Source: Takakia lepidozioides (lineage: Eukaryota > Plantae > Bryophyta). Taken from it: 64,000 bases of DNA. The notes below the pieces were generated by a model. That model saw only the letters and a program-made list of their open reading frames with translations, was not told the DNA's origin and did not search any database. Where the stretch lies: positions 40,920,001-40,984,000 of the forward strand of contig CM060732.1 in NCBI GenBank assembly GCA_030704615.1. Direction: 5' to 3'. Within the stretch, counting starts at the first letter, position 1. Each line of letters opens with the position of its first letter. This document shows positions 25,258-37,054 of this stretch, one piece after another. The position numbers and the translations under genes were made by a program.

Positions 25258-27491
25258 ATGGCGCAAGTTAAAGGAGATCCGTTGCCAAGACCACAAAGTC
25301 CTGCTTGCGACCCGCAATCATGTGTATGTATCCGGCTCCTCTGATCTGACATAATATGATGTCTGCAATTACTTGGATTACTGGGCTAAAATCCTAGGGG
25401 TGTACGTATAACAGTCCTACTTGCAATTCTTCTATTCAGAGTTCGAACTGCTCGCAAGTGCGGGGTACCCGTTGATAGAGATTGAAATAGGCTCTATGCG
25501 AAGCTGGATTTGAATTTCTTTTCCGATGTAGCCGCGTACTATTATTAGAGAAGAACTTTGACATAGTAACTTGTTATAAGATACGGCTCAGCCGGATCTC
25601 TTAAGACTTCATCTAAGTACAAAATCTCTCATGTCAGAAGTACAAAATCGGAAAATCTGAAATCTGAATCGAATCTAAATGTAAATGTAAATTGAATTCG
25701 ATTCGATTCAAAATCAAATCAAAATTCGATTCGATTTGATTTGATCAAAATTCGAATCACATCGAATTACACTTGATTTGTTTGATCAATTCAATCAATT
25801 TGATCAATTCGAATTCGATCAATTCGATCAAATCGATTTGAATCAATCAATTGATCAATCAAATTCGATCGATCGATTCAAATTCGATTATTTGAATCCA
25901 ATTGAATGAATCGATTGAATTCGAATCATTCAGGATCATTGTTTGAATGATTCTAGATGTTTGTTTGAATAATTGTTTGGTTGTTTGAATGATTTGAATG
26001 TTTTAAACGATCATTCCATTGAATCATTTTAGATTTGTTAATACTTCCTTTGAAGTACAAAATCTCTCATGTCTGAAGTACAAAATCTGGAAATTGATTC
26101 AATTTTATCAATCAATTGATCAATCAAATTCGATTGATTGATTGATTCAAATTCGATTCAATTCAATTTATTGAATCAATCGATTGAATTCGAATCATTC
26201 TGGATCATTGTTTCAATGATTCTAGATGATTATTTGATTGTTTGAATGATTTGAATGTTTCAAACGATCATTCAATTGAATCATTCTAGATCTGTTAAGA
26301 CTTCATCTGAAATACAAAATCTCTCATGTCTGAAGTACAAAATCTGAAAATCTGAAAATCTGAAATCTAAATTCAAATCTAAATTTAAATCAAATTCGAT
26401 TCGATTCAAAATTGAATCAAAATTCGAATCAAATTGAATTGAATTCGATTTATTCGATCAATTCGATCAATTCGATCAATTCGAATTTGGTCTTCGATCA
26501 AATTGATTCGATTCGATTTGATCATCCAATTCGATTGATTGGTTCAAATTGGATTTGATTGATTGAATCTTGATTCAAAAAATTATTGATTTAAAAATTG
26601 ATTTTTCCATATCAATCTGTACTTGATTTACATGAACAACATCACATAAAGTTGAAGTCATTTAAACCAGACCCTTATGTATTGAGCTAGAGTCTACAAG
26701 CCACAGGCTTCAAGCTCACTTGCAGCTAGACCCAGAACATCGAAACCAAATGTTGGTGCTAATCACCAAGTTTGACTGGTCAGGTTGGAAGAATATGCGT
26801 GTGCAAACTTTGCAATTGCGGGATGCACAAATGTCCAACCAAACATACCTCGGTGCACGCCCACTATGACCCCAATACCAAGTCTGAATATGTTGCCAAG
26901 TACCCAGAATGGCCAATGCCCAAGAAGTTTGTCAGGAAACACCCTCCACATGGAGATGCAGGGTTACGGTTGGACTGCAACACCACCTATACAGACGACT
27001 TCATCAAGTGGCCTCACGGGCCCAGGGCATCTTGTCGCCCAGTTCCTAGGACCGACAATACAGGCCCCTTCAAAGACGAGACAACCTACAAAGTGGACTA
27101 CTGGGACAAATCTAAAAACATGCAGCCTAGGCAAAAAATGGAGCATCAAACCCATCACGGAGGGGGACCCTTCTCTGGAGAGACAACTTACAAAGTGGAC
27201 TTCGCAAACAGAGGGCCTCAGCCCAAGAACGTGGTGGTCAAGCATGGATGCAGCTTGGGCCAAACTGGTGCCAAGTTTGATGGGGATACAACATATCATG
27301 ATGACTTCAAGACCTGGAAGCTTCCCAAGAAATACATGCATGTCAAGAGGGATGGACCGGGTACAAGTGGGCCTTTCCAAGGTCCTACAACATACCAGTC
27401 AGACTACCAGGGCCAACCCATACCCCACAGGTGCCCCACATTGAGTAGGCCTAAACCCACGATCATATGTGGGGATCATATGTGTTACTAA
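25258..27491 (+). CDS. SAXO/FAM154-like (STOP-domain) axonemal microtubule-stabilising protein; predicted exons 25258-25323 and 26784-27491
   Basis: N-terminal CVCKLCNCGMHKCP and repeated Mn-like modules (F/L)xxxTTYxxD(F/Y)xxW (LDCNTTYTDDFIKW, FKDETTYKVDYW, FSGETTYKVDF, FDGDTTYHDDFKTW, FQGPTTYQSDY). Putative exon 1 MAQVKG...SC|GTATGT joins CAG|GTT in phase 0; exon 1 is less certain. Confidence 0.8.
25600..26600. repeat. Intronic low-complexity tandem repeat (3 units starting ~25601, 26036, 26294) made of AATCG/GATTC/GATCA words
   Basis: Each unit starts TTAA(G/T)ACTTC...GTACAAAATCTCTCATGTC(A/T)GAAGTACAAAATC, followed by TCGA/GATC/GAATTC-rich expansions. Confidence 0.85.
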
Positions 27492-28989
27492 CTTGTACGG
27501 AGGTGCCCATATATTTAACTAGTTGATGGCCATTACTTGGTTTTATTCATGATTAATGCTAGTGTTGTAACCAGGGTAACTAGACCTTGACCATGGTTTC
27601 CCAATGGTACCTTGGTCAACATGGGTACTTGGACTGCAAGTGCCAAGGTGACGTTTCCTGAAAAATATTCACTTCAGTTTGATTAAGCTAACCCTAGTTC
27701 AACACGCCATGAGTTGTACGTACTTTGCATATACTTTGTTGGTTTCATGATCTTAGTCATTAGTGCTGTGCCTTCTTCACTTTATTCTCAATTGCTTCTG
27801 ACTCTCAGTGTAGGTACTATATCTGCACATGTAGTTTGAGAATTTCTACCCTGTTGAAATTGGAGACCAAGGTCAAAACCATGTCTAGATAGCCAAACAT
27901 TGCCCCTGGGCTACTTTTTCAAAGGTCCTCAGTGGATGGTTGCGTCACCAACAGTCCATCTACGTTTTCCAAAAAACACAACCATGTTTAGACAAGAGAA
28001 GCCCTTAAATTGTTGCGTCTACTTCTGACAAGCTCCATCTTCAAAGAAGACTTGTCACTAGACAAACCCTTCCTAAGAAATTATTCTTAACTCATCATGA
28101 AAAATGGCTTCAATAAGTTTGTGAGATCATGACAATGTTTCCTACAACTGTTAGTTGTCGAACGGCAGGTCAAACTAAAGATCCGTGTAGAGTAGTTTTC
28201 TTTATATTGCACTTCGTCACACTGCTCTGGAATAAGGGTCTCCATGACTTACCATGGGTATAAACACAACATGTAGCACTGACGGCTCCATTCGATCATA
28301 CAGTGTTTCTTCCAACTTCAGTATCTGTTGACGAAAATAATGACAATATACCACATTCCTGCCCTTGTGTATCAGGCAACACCCTTTCTTTTGTGCATGT
28401 GGCTTGTTTTACTAATAGTCCTACAACAACAACCCATCTTGGAAGTGATGAAAGTAGTTGGCATCCCGTACATCATTTGCTCTTCCATCAAGCTTTGAGA
28501 TGATCACCTACTGGCAGTGTGGCAATCACCACACATTTCTCTTCCTCCACATCATGCACCTTTGAGCCGAAACAATAATTAAAAACTAAAAACCCACAAT
28601 AGTAGTAGCTCAATGGTACAAGGTATTGAGTGTTACCCACGTGATTTTGGGCTCAAATACTGCTACCTGGTCATGTTTGGTATTATCCAGTGTTGGACTG
28701 GTATATAGGGACTGGTCGGGTATCAACCAAGGTATTAAATAACCGACCCGGCTGGTATTGGCTGTTGTAATGCTAGGGTTAATAACCGAATCGCCTGGTA
28801 TTGACAATTCCAATACCTAGGTCAACTGTCATTACCCTACATACCCTACATAGGTTGGTATTGACAAAGGAAATACCCGTGCAATACCCGTATTATGGGC
28901 GAAAACAAGGGCTACACACATGGTATAGATATGAAGTTGGGTTGGGGTTAGGGCATGTCCAGCCCCAAGCGCCCGCCACTATTTTTCAT

Positions 28990-29190
28990 TTTTTAGCACG
29001 TACTGTCGATAGGGCAATGTCGACTTGGCATTGACAACCTCGACAAATTAGTGCTAATTTTAAATAATGGGCCAGATGACATGCGGACGGATTGCAAGGT
29101 GGTTGAGCAAGGGATCAAAGATTTCTTTTTGTCGGAAGACAATACGATTGATGAAAAGGAGGATCTCATTAAGATGCTGGCATGTTTGAC
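28990..29190 (+). mobile_element. Possible C-terminal remnant of a hAT transposase
   Basis: RQCRLGIDNLDKLVLILNNGPDDMRTDCK resembles the tail of the hAT dimerisation domain. GGTATT/AATACC-rich segment just upstream (28610-28900). Confidence 0.4.
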
Positions 29191-31116
29191 AAACCAAAAC
29201 AGTGAAGATAATATCAATAAGGGAAGTTCCTAACCTTAGCTGTCGCATTCTCACTTCAATGACCCACATTTCGAAGTTTGTATCCGGATCAGATCCCAAC
29301 TGTATCAGATTATCTTGCCGAACGTCTGCCAAATACCATGATGATCCAAATCATGTTTCCATTCCCAACCTCATAGTAGATACTTACCATGTCAATAGGT
29401 TCAAATTGGTCAATTGCCTCCTAAACTAACTCTAAAATCATTCTCTGCCGATTGTATTGAAAATTTGCATATAATGTGGACCGTCCTATATGGTATCTGA
29501 TTACAAGTGAAGGTTGATGGACGGTGCATTTGACAACATCTGCTCTAAATCACTATTTTGATGTCTCATCCCCCACCCATGAGTGTCTCACACAGTTTGT
29601 CAGTAATTCGCTTAAAAACAAACATCGTCGACGTCCTGTGCATGTCTACGACGACTGCAAATAGATCAATGACGACACCAATTGGCATGAACCACTAGAT
29701 ATGAGTTTGTTTGCCGCCTGTATTAGGTTTCATGAAGCTTTGAAAATCTAGCCGCAGTCTAGCTTGAAAGGCTTCGCTTGTTGACTGGTCAGGCAATGGT
29801 CACTTGGGATCATCGAAGCTTGGAAATGGAATTGGCACCAGTCGCCCAAAACCTGTGTTTGAGGATCGGGGTATGTAGGACGCATTATAAAAAAATATTC
29901 CATTATCCAAGAGTTCTTTATATGGACGATTGCCTCAGGTAAGCTCTCCAATATCTGCGCGCGTTACAAAAATCACCCCCATAATGCATTTCGGGTCCAC
30001 CCAATCCTCAAAGTTGGACTGAAATAAATCTGTCACAACCACCCGTATCTTTAGTATGAACAATTGGACCAACATCAAATAGAAAGGCTTTTAGAGTCGT
30101 AGTCAGAGAGTTATAAACCTACAATTGCAAGCACCTGCGGTTGTTCGGTTCTAGATCCAATTGCCGCCACATGTATGCATGTTGCACCCGTACTGCAGAC
30201 ACAATTGTAGATCTGACATTTACTCAAAACTTCAACACCTTTGCTTTGTAACAACCATCCATGCTACTATTGCCCCTCGTGCTTCACTGCATCTTTTGTT
30301 TTGTCTAATGAATTGAACAAAAAAACCCCCTCAATTGAAGATCAAGGCCTCATTGAGAAGGAGCATTGAAGACACCGAAGCGAAGGCTCCATTGGCACGA
30401 AGGCAAATCATATCCTGGCGAGAAGTTCTGGTCTAGGACACGCGTCAGCTCTTCAGCCATGATGGGGTCTAATCTACAACCATGCATATTCTCAAGCCAT
30501 CCTCAGGACGTGTGCTATCCTGGATCGTCATTGGTAGAATCCTTGGTAGCGACGGTGGTAGTGGCAACGTGGATGATGTTCGTCCAGCTCAGTTTGGTAT
30601 TTTTTAATCCGCTCACCTGTACCTTTTTCAGAGGCCTATTAAATTTTTCAAGGCCCTCTCCCCCTCTATAGGCCCCATTCTGCTCCTAATGCCAATGCTG
30701 CATTCTTGTGTGTGCGGTGATGACTGAAGGATTGCGCCTGCAAGATAATAAAGAGAGAGAAGACTCCAGCCAAAACCAACGTCACTAAAAGCTTCTCGTC
30801 TTACGGCTGCTTGCCCCTTTTAGGGGTGGGCCCTAAAAATAAAACAAGCCGCGACTGTGGGTACCCGGAACTCTTCATGAATAATTGCAAAGAGTCTTTA
30901 TTTACAATGAAAAACAGTTGTATGGACAAATGTCATATATACTTGGGGACCACAAGCTAGTTAAGAGATAATTATTGTTTTAAAATTAGAAATTATAATT
31001 TAAAATAAAAAATATATATCTTGAATATCTGGGATATGACTCTTTTATTAAAAGTGTCAAGTATGTCATTATTTATCAACATAAAAATATAATTGTATAA
31101 TTTTTTTTAATAATTT

Positions 31117-31870
31117 GTTGCAGGATATGGTGTCTCACTTTCGGCAGAGGGTGACATCCATGAAAGTCCATTTTATTTTTGGAGCGTATTTTTTCAGTTT
31201 GATTCTTATAAAGGACAATAGTATACTTAACATCTTTAGTAAAGGGTCTAACCCCAAATATTATAGAGATTATTTATTATAATTTTCAATCCTTAATTGG
31301 AAAAAATAAAAATAGGAGTCAAATCTTAGAATCTATGACCATTTGTCCATATGCCACCAGGACATCCTAGATAATATGTTTGTAGTAAAAGATGATATCC
31401 CAAAAACCCAAAATATAATATGCTATGGGCTAATGAAAAAGATTTTTTTTTGTGTATAAAAAAATCCATAGCTTGGTCAAAATTTGATAGATTTTCATAC
31501 TACTTTCACCTATTGAAACATTGCACAATTTTTACACACGGTTTTTTTGTCCTTATCACAGTTGGTTACACTTAGATATGTTTTTTAGAGTCCATAGCAC
31601 AAAAAACTGTGCCGATGACAAAATAGTGTTTGAGATTCAAAAGTCCAATCCCTTTCTTTGAAAAATAAAAATAAAAAATCCACAACATTCTATAGTTCAT
31701 CCAATTTGCGAAAAAATTGTTACATTATATAGATATCGTAGGTGGTATATAAGAACCAATGTCATGTATAATAAAGATGAACTATTGTGAAAAAATAAAA
31801 AGATAATATGAAGCACAATCACTGAAAAACTGCCCGATGACGTCCAAACTGAGACACCATATCTTGCAAC
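31117..31870. mobile_element. Putative non-autonomous TIR element
   Basis: 21-bp inverted repeat GTTGCAGGATATGGTGTCTCA (31117-31137) / TGAGACACCATATCTTGCAAC (31850-31870), 1 mismatch. AT-rich interior, no clear TSD. Confidence 0.45.
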
Positions 31871-33001
31871 TCCCTATGGACCTCCATAGACGTCAACATC
31901 TGCCGTTTTTGAGACACCGTAACTTGCACAGACCCCCTGCGTTGATGAGTGAGAATCATCTAGTCTATGTATGACACATGAGAAGTTTATGAATGTGCCA
32001 TATTCTGTAATTGTGTCGAGTTATACGTAGTCCGTGGATAACAGGGTGGATACCTTGACTGAGGTAGTGTGGTCAGTTTCTCGTTCTTAGTGGGTGTGTG
32101 ACACTACAAGAGATGAGCGTTTTTAGGACTACGGATTTGGCGGAGTCATAAAAACGGCACTAGGTGTACGACTACAGAGCGCTGAAATGCGTTGCAGTCA
32201 TAGTTTTACCACTTTGTAGTAATGGATATCACTACATGACTCCGGAAAGTTAGGGAGCATTGGTCAAACATTGTTGACCATGATGACAGGGATGGTTTTA
32301 CGACTAGTGTGATATCTTTGACTACACGTGGACGACGTTTCATGGAATCTTGTGACTCCATGATTGAAGATGGTTTTGCAGCTCTATTTATACGACTACA
32401 TCCCTACACGTGTCATTTTGAAAGTACATACATGAATGTATTCATCCATTTGATAAGTTTATCCATCGATGACATGGCATGTAAACTTATGAGTCTCTTA
32501 GTGCAAATTGTTTCATAACTCTATATATATGACTACATCATTACACGTGTCATTTAAATGACACATACATTAATGAATTCATCCAATGGATGGGTTCATC
32601 CCTCCGCCTATACGGTGTGTCGATTTGATATCTGTTCAATAAATTGGACCTGGATGGACGTGGCTTAACAAGCATCGCAAGATATATGAGATTAAAATAC
32701 GCAATGATCATGGTTGTACAAGGCTAGATCATGTGATGGAAAATATTTTGAATCGTTAGATTTTACAGGATCTAACGGTCTAGATTGTATAAGATCTAAT
32801 GGTTTAAGATTACACCGCCGAACTTTACATCGGGCTGGGACTTAGGCTTTTTTGTCTCCTGCGTTTCACCATCTATTTGATGTTGTGTCATGTATACAAG
32901 GACGTGGGATGGAGGCTTTACAGACCTTCCTACTCTTGAGAAAATGATGCAGGAAGGAGAAGAGGAGGAGGAGAGGAGACGATGCTACCCCTGCCAACCA
33001 G

Positions 33002-33037
<36 letters not shown>

Positions 33038-33099
33038 GCTCATGCGAAGGGTCCTGCTTCAAACCGCCAGCAGCAGCACAGGGTGTAGGATTTCGAGGA

Positions 33100-33613
33100 T
33101 GAGCAGCCATGGCAACGCGTACAATGCATATTGTACGCGGGACATCCTCCACATGTGGCTACGCTCACAAGCGTCCCCGAGGAGCTCAGCTTGGTCATAG
33201 CAGGCCATGTTTCAATCTCTGCCTGCTCAGTTGCACCGTGGTGGTTCGATCTCACATACCAATCCGACATTACCTGACTACAGATACAAGCAGCACACAC
33301 AAGAGGTCCTTTTGGGTTGATGGTCGGTCAAATCCTCCATGGGTCATGACACAAGGTAAAGGACAATGTGGTGAGGATACCTTCTTCTTCGACCTATTTC
33401 AGCCTGTTTTGCCCTCTCATCAGACTCGGCCCTGAGATGCATATTGAATTTTGTAAGTTAGCTCGGTGGGTGGATCTGTGGTTGTTTAGAGTGACTTTGA
33501 CAAGTTGCTGCCGATGTGGCAACATGAAAGTATCCAAAAACAGGTAACAGAGATGAGGGGAAGCTTTGGAATGAACACTTTTCCGACCCCGGTCAATGGC
33601 GGGACAATGGAGA
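33100..33613 (+). pseudogene. OSB-PDF-motif gene fragment (CACTA cargo, left of the retro insertion)
   Basis: HKRSFWVDGRSNPPWV...KYPKTGNRDEGKLWNEHFSDPGQWRDNG; paralogous to 16230-16652 (~80% by eye). Confidence 0.7.
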
Positions 33614-33963
33614 TGTCAAGTTAAATGAACACAGTGTGAAACTGACTAGAATAAAACTAGTTATTTGTATTTAACACTTGGATTTAGGTCAAGTGTTAAG
33701 TCAGGTGTCAAGTTTGAGCTTGACACCTGAACCATCTTATCTTCACGAGAGCGTCAGTCGCGCAGCTCATCTCTCTCGAGTTGAGCCTGCGTGACCGAGC
33801 TCCTTCATCGTTTAGAAGCTGAGTGTGCTTATGATGGGAGGATAGGTTGTTGTGGGGTGGAGTCCCCATAGCTTGGGGTCCCCCTGGCTCATCTTCTATT
33901 TTAAAGAGTGATGGTGTTGGTTTTGTGTTTCTCTTGTTATTTGAGTTTAGTTCTTTCTTATCA
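33614..33963 (+). repeat. Terminal repeat A1 (350 bp, TG...CA)
   Basis: Direct repeat of 44512-44861; family copies at 19784-20134 (+) and 20505-20855 (-). Confidence 0.95.
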
Positions 33964-33982
33964 CTCGAGAGAGATGAGCCGC
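33964..33982 (+). promoter_or_regulatory. Self-complementary primer-binding site (non-tRNA)
   Basis: CTCGAGAGAGATGAGC immediately after A1 is the exact reverse complement of 33765-33780 inside A1. No TGG-starting tRNA PBS. Confidence 0.7.
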
Positions 33983-35070
33983 TCTATCTAGTTTTCCAGT
34001 GCTAAGCTAGATATGATGTTTTTGTTTTTTAAGCACTATTATAATATAGATGGTCATGGTCTTGTACACAACTCAAGCAATGAGCATAGAATGGCGCTAG
34101 CTTGAGTTCGTCTCACATCCTCAGTCGCAATGGTGGGACTCGGGGGGTATAGGTAGAGTGGTTGAAGCACGGCAGCAGCTCGGCCATGGTTGCCTGCCAC
34201 TTTCAAGCTTCTTCACATTGCAGCCTGCGCGCATGGAGACGAACTCCGTAACCGCGTCCTGTGCTCCCATTTGTCAGGGAGGCTCCACTGAGAGGGTGAG
34301 GCTGCAGCGCAGGGGATGGATCGAATGGAAGCTGGATTGGATTGAGAGGTCTGGATTGAGGTCCGCACGACAGGCCTGCACTTTGGGATAGGAGTCATAT
34401 GCGAAGACAGAAAGCTGATAGAAAGTGGCGGGCATTTCATTCTCTTTACCGCGGAGGTCAACCTTTATGGAAAGAGGGACTTCACTCTTTGGACACTGAA
34501 TGCAGCGCTGAAGTGGGAGAGGGCAGCAGAAACGCCGTGGTTTGTGTCAAGCCACTTTTTTAAATGATCATAGTAGCTTCAGTGTCCTGGCTACCAGGTG
34601 TGGTAGCTCTATTTATCTCAAGAACTCTCAATACTCTCGAGTGGCCCAGGTTTATCTTCTTGAGGATGGTGACGGATGGACTCCTCGCAAAGAGTGCTGG
34701 CGATGGATTCCAGAGCATCCAGCTGCAGTCCCCCTTTGCACAATGCTTCAATCTCTTTGGCTTTGACCTTTTGACATGAGCAGTTCTCCGCCCTTATTTT
34801 TCCTCGCTCTTTCCCTGTGTCCCCTTCTCCTCTCGTCATCACTACTGCCTCAATCAGAGGTGGCAACCAGAATGCCGTTTAAGTATCCAGGAAACTGATG
34901 ACATCAAGGAAGCTACCAGCTTGTCCCTGAAGACGAAGGGGTCCAGTACCATCAACTCTGTGACCACAGCTCAAGGTTTAACAACCAAGGAGACTTACAT
35001 CACCAAGGAAGCTGGAAGCTTATTTCTGGAGACGAAGGGATCGAATGTCATTGTTCTGGCTGGCATAGGA

Positions 35071-35335
35071 GCATGTGACCTGCCCATAGGGACCTGAGTG
35101 CCTGATCCCCAACCCCCGCTGTACACGAATGAAACGTGCCAGTAAATTGGAGATGATCAAAACTGCATGAAGAATGGACGGCTTGACAGTGGGTATTGCA
35201 CTGGAAATGGAAGCCCAATGATTGTGAGCTGCCTCGGCTTGATGGCAGAGCCTTCCTGGAGTCAATGAGAGGAAAAACTGTGGCCTTTGTGGGGGACTCC
35301 ATTGCAGGGGAACGTGAGGAAAAGCCTTCAAATCA
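35071..35335 (+). pseudogene. Captured TRICHOME BIREFRINGENCE-LIKE (PMR5N/PC-esterase) gene fragment
   Basis: [39 protein letters not shown] / [34 protein letters not shown]: PMR5N domain plus GDS motif, with stops and one frameshift. Confidence 0.85.
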
Positions 35336-35886
35336 TGTCGCATCTCTTGGATTATCCTCGGTGATATAGGGAAGCGTCAAGTCATATGCATGTTGTTCTA
35401 ATGCAGGGTATCCCATCCAAAGCTGGGGCCCCATCTGTGAATTGGAGATTTCCATATGTGGGGAGGGCCCCCTGACTTTTTTGAGCCTGAGTGAGAGCTG
35501 GCGATATTGCTATTCAGTGTGCTGGAGGCTCGCTTGAGACAAGGGCCTGCGGGTACAAGCCCTGCTGGTGTGAGAGCTGCTGCAGGCAGTAGAGTCGCAC
35601 TTTGGGTCTTCAATCCTGAGTGCCATAGTACTTGAGCGTTGTCGGCACCGGTTTTTGTTTTTGGGACTATGCCAAAAATCTATGGAATTTTTAGAGTGTG
35701 AGTGTGCCATGAAAGATCCACAATTCTGTTTATAGAACCTGTTCTGGTCTATATGAGAGACAAATCTGTGGATGTCCTCCTTGTATGGCTGGGGGAAATG
35801 CGGACGTAATTGAAGGGCATGTCTCTTCTCTTAGCCTGTGCACCCAAGGGGACAAGATTTATGTCTCTCAAGGAACTTAGACTGAT

Positions 35887-36534
35887 TTGAGTGGAGAACA
35901 GTTGGACGAGTTGATTTCATACTGGGAGTCAGACATTAGCAGTATACAACAAACTGCTGTAGTTGGCGTTGAGGGCCTCAATGTTGCTTTGGACAGTCAG
36001 AACTCTGTTGGAGCCAGCAGTTCTGCAGCTGTAAGTGAAATACCAAAGTGGGTGAAAGCTAGGCTTGGAACACAGCCAAAGACAGCCCCGGGGACCAAGG
36101 TGTTCAGCCACAAGGCTGTGGTGTACTGGAGCAGAGGAGCAAGAGCTACACAAGTTTGTGCAATCAGACATGGTTGCAGCCGGACACACTCTGCACAAGG
36201 CAACCATGAGTGGGGGTTCATTAGCAATGACAAGTTTGTTTTGCTTGAGGGAGATGCAGTCATGTGCAATGAGGACACCCGCAACCGTCTCAAAGCTTTT
36301 AAGTTGAGAGACTATCAAACCCTACCTTTGTTTTCTTTAGTGTTCAGTGAGCGGGAGATAGGGGAGTATTGCTTTGTTTCTACCTGGCAGAAAGAGGAGG
36401 AGGGTTGGTTAGAGCGAGCTACTGTAGCTTGGGACAAGGTTAGTGGCAGGTTTCTGGACATAGATATATCTCCTACACCTTACCATCATGCAGAGCGAGG
36501 CACCTTGAGAGAAGTCTGGCAGTTGATAGCATAG
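35887..36534 (+). CDS. Unknown accessory ORF ('ORF0') upstream of gag, probably the 3' part of a longer decayed ORF
   Basis: 215 open codons inside the element; no recognisable motif; non-ATG start in the ORF track. Confidence 0.35.
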   Translation: MSGEQLDELISYWESDISSIQQTAVVGVEGLNVALDSQNSVGASSSAAVSEIPKWVKARLGTQPKTAPGTKVFSHKAVVYWSRGARATQVCAIRHGCSRTHSAQGNHEWGFISNDKFVLLEGDAVMCNEDTRNRLKAFKLRDYQTLPLFSLVFSEREIGEYCFVSTWQKEEEGWLERATVAWDKVSGRFLDIDISPTPYHHAERGTLREVWQLIA

Positions 36535-37054
36535 ATCAGGATTAGATCTTGCTTGGTCGGGCTTCTATTCTTCCCCTCCATCTCTGTACTATTTTCATTT
36601 ACCTTGTACTTGTAGTTGCCAAAGCCTCTCTTGGTGGAGGCCAGTTAGTCCGGGGTTTTGGGCTGGGATATTCTGCAGGTCAGCACTGCAGATGGATTTT
36701 GGTGTGGGGGTGTTGATGTTTTGATTTCTTGTGTTTGGATCCCTCCCAACACCTGCATGCTTGACTGTGCGTCACGTTGGTTTTGTGTGGGCGCTTGCTT
36801 TCATAGGGATTAGGCTGGATTTGATCACCGGTCAATCCTAGAGTATGCTGTCGGTGGTGAGGTTGGAGTGATGACCAGCAAGACCACCAGTGTTTCTTCT
36901 ATGGTGAGACTGGGTTGATGACCAGCCAACCATAGGAGTTCTTGCGGTGGATGCAGGTGCAGGTGCCCTGAGCCACTGGGATATGACCCTTAAACTACAA
37001 CAGGTGCCCACCCGTGTCACTATTAGAATTAGTATTAGAGCCTTATAGTGTCAC

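Noticed and set aside
29250-30800. Possible gene or transposase remnant on the minus strand
   Set aside because: Coding-like composition, but no motif I could recognise in any frame.
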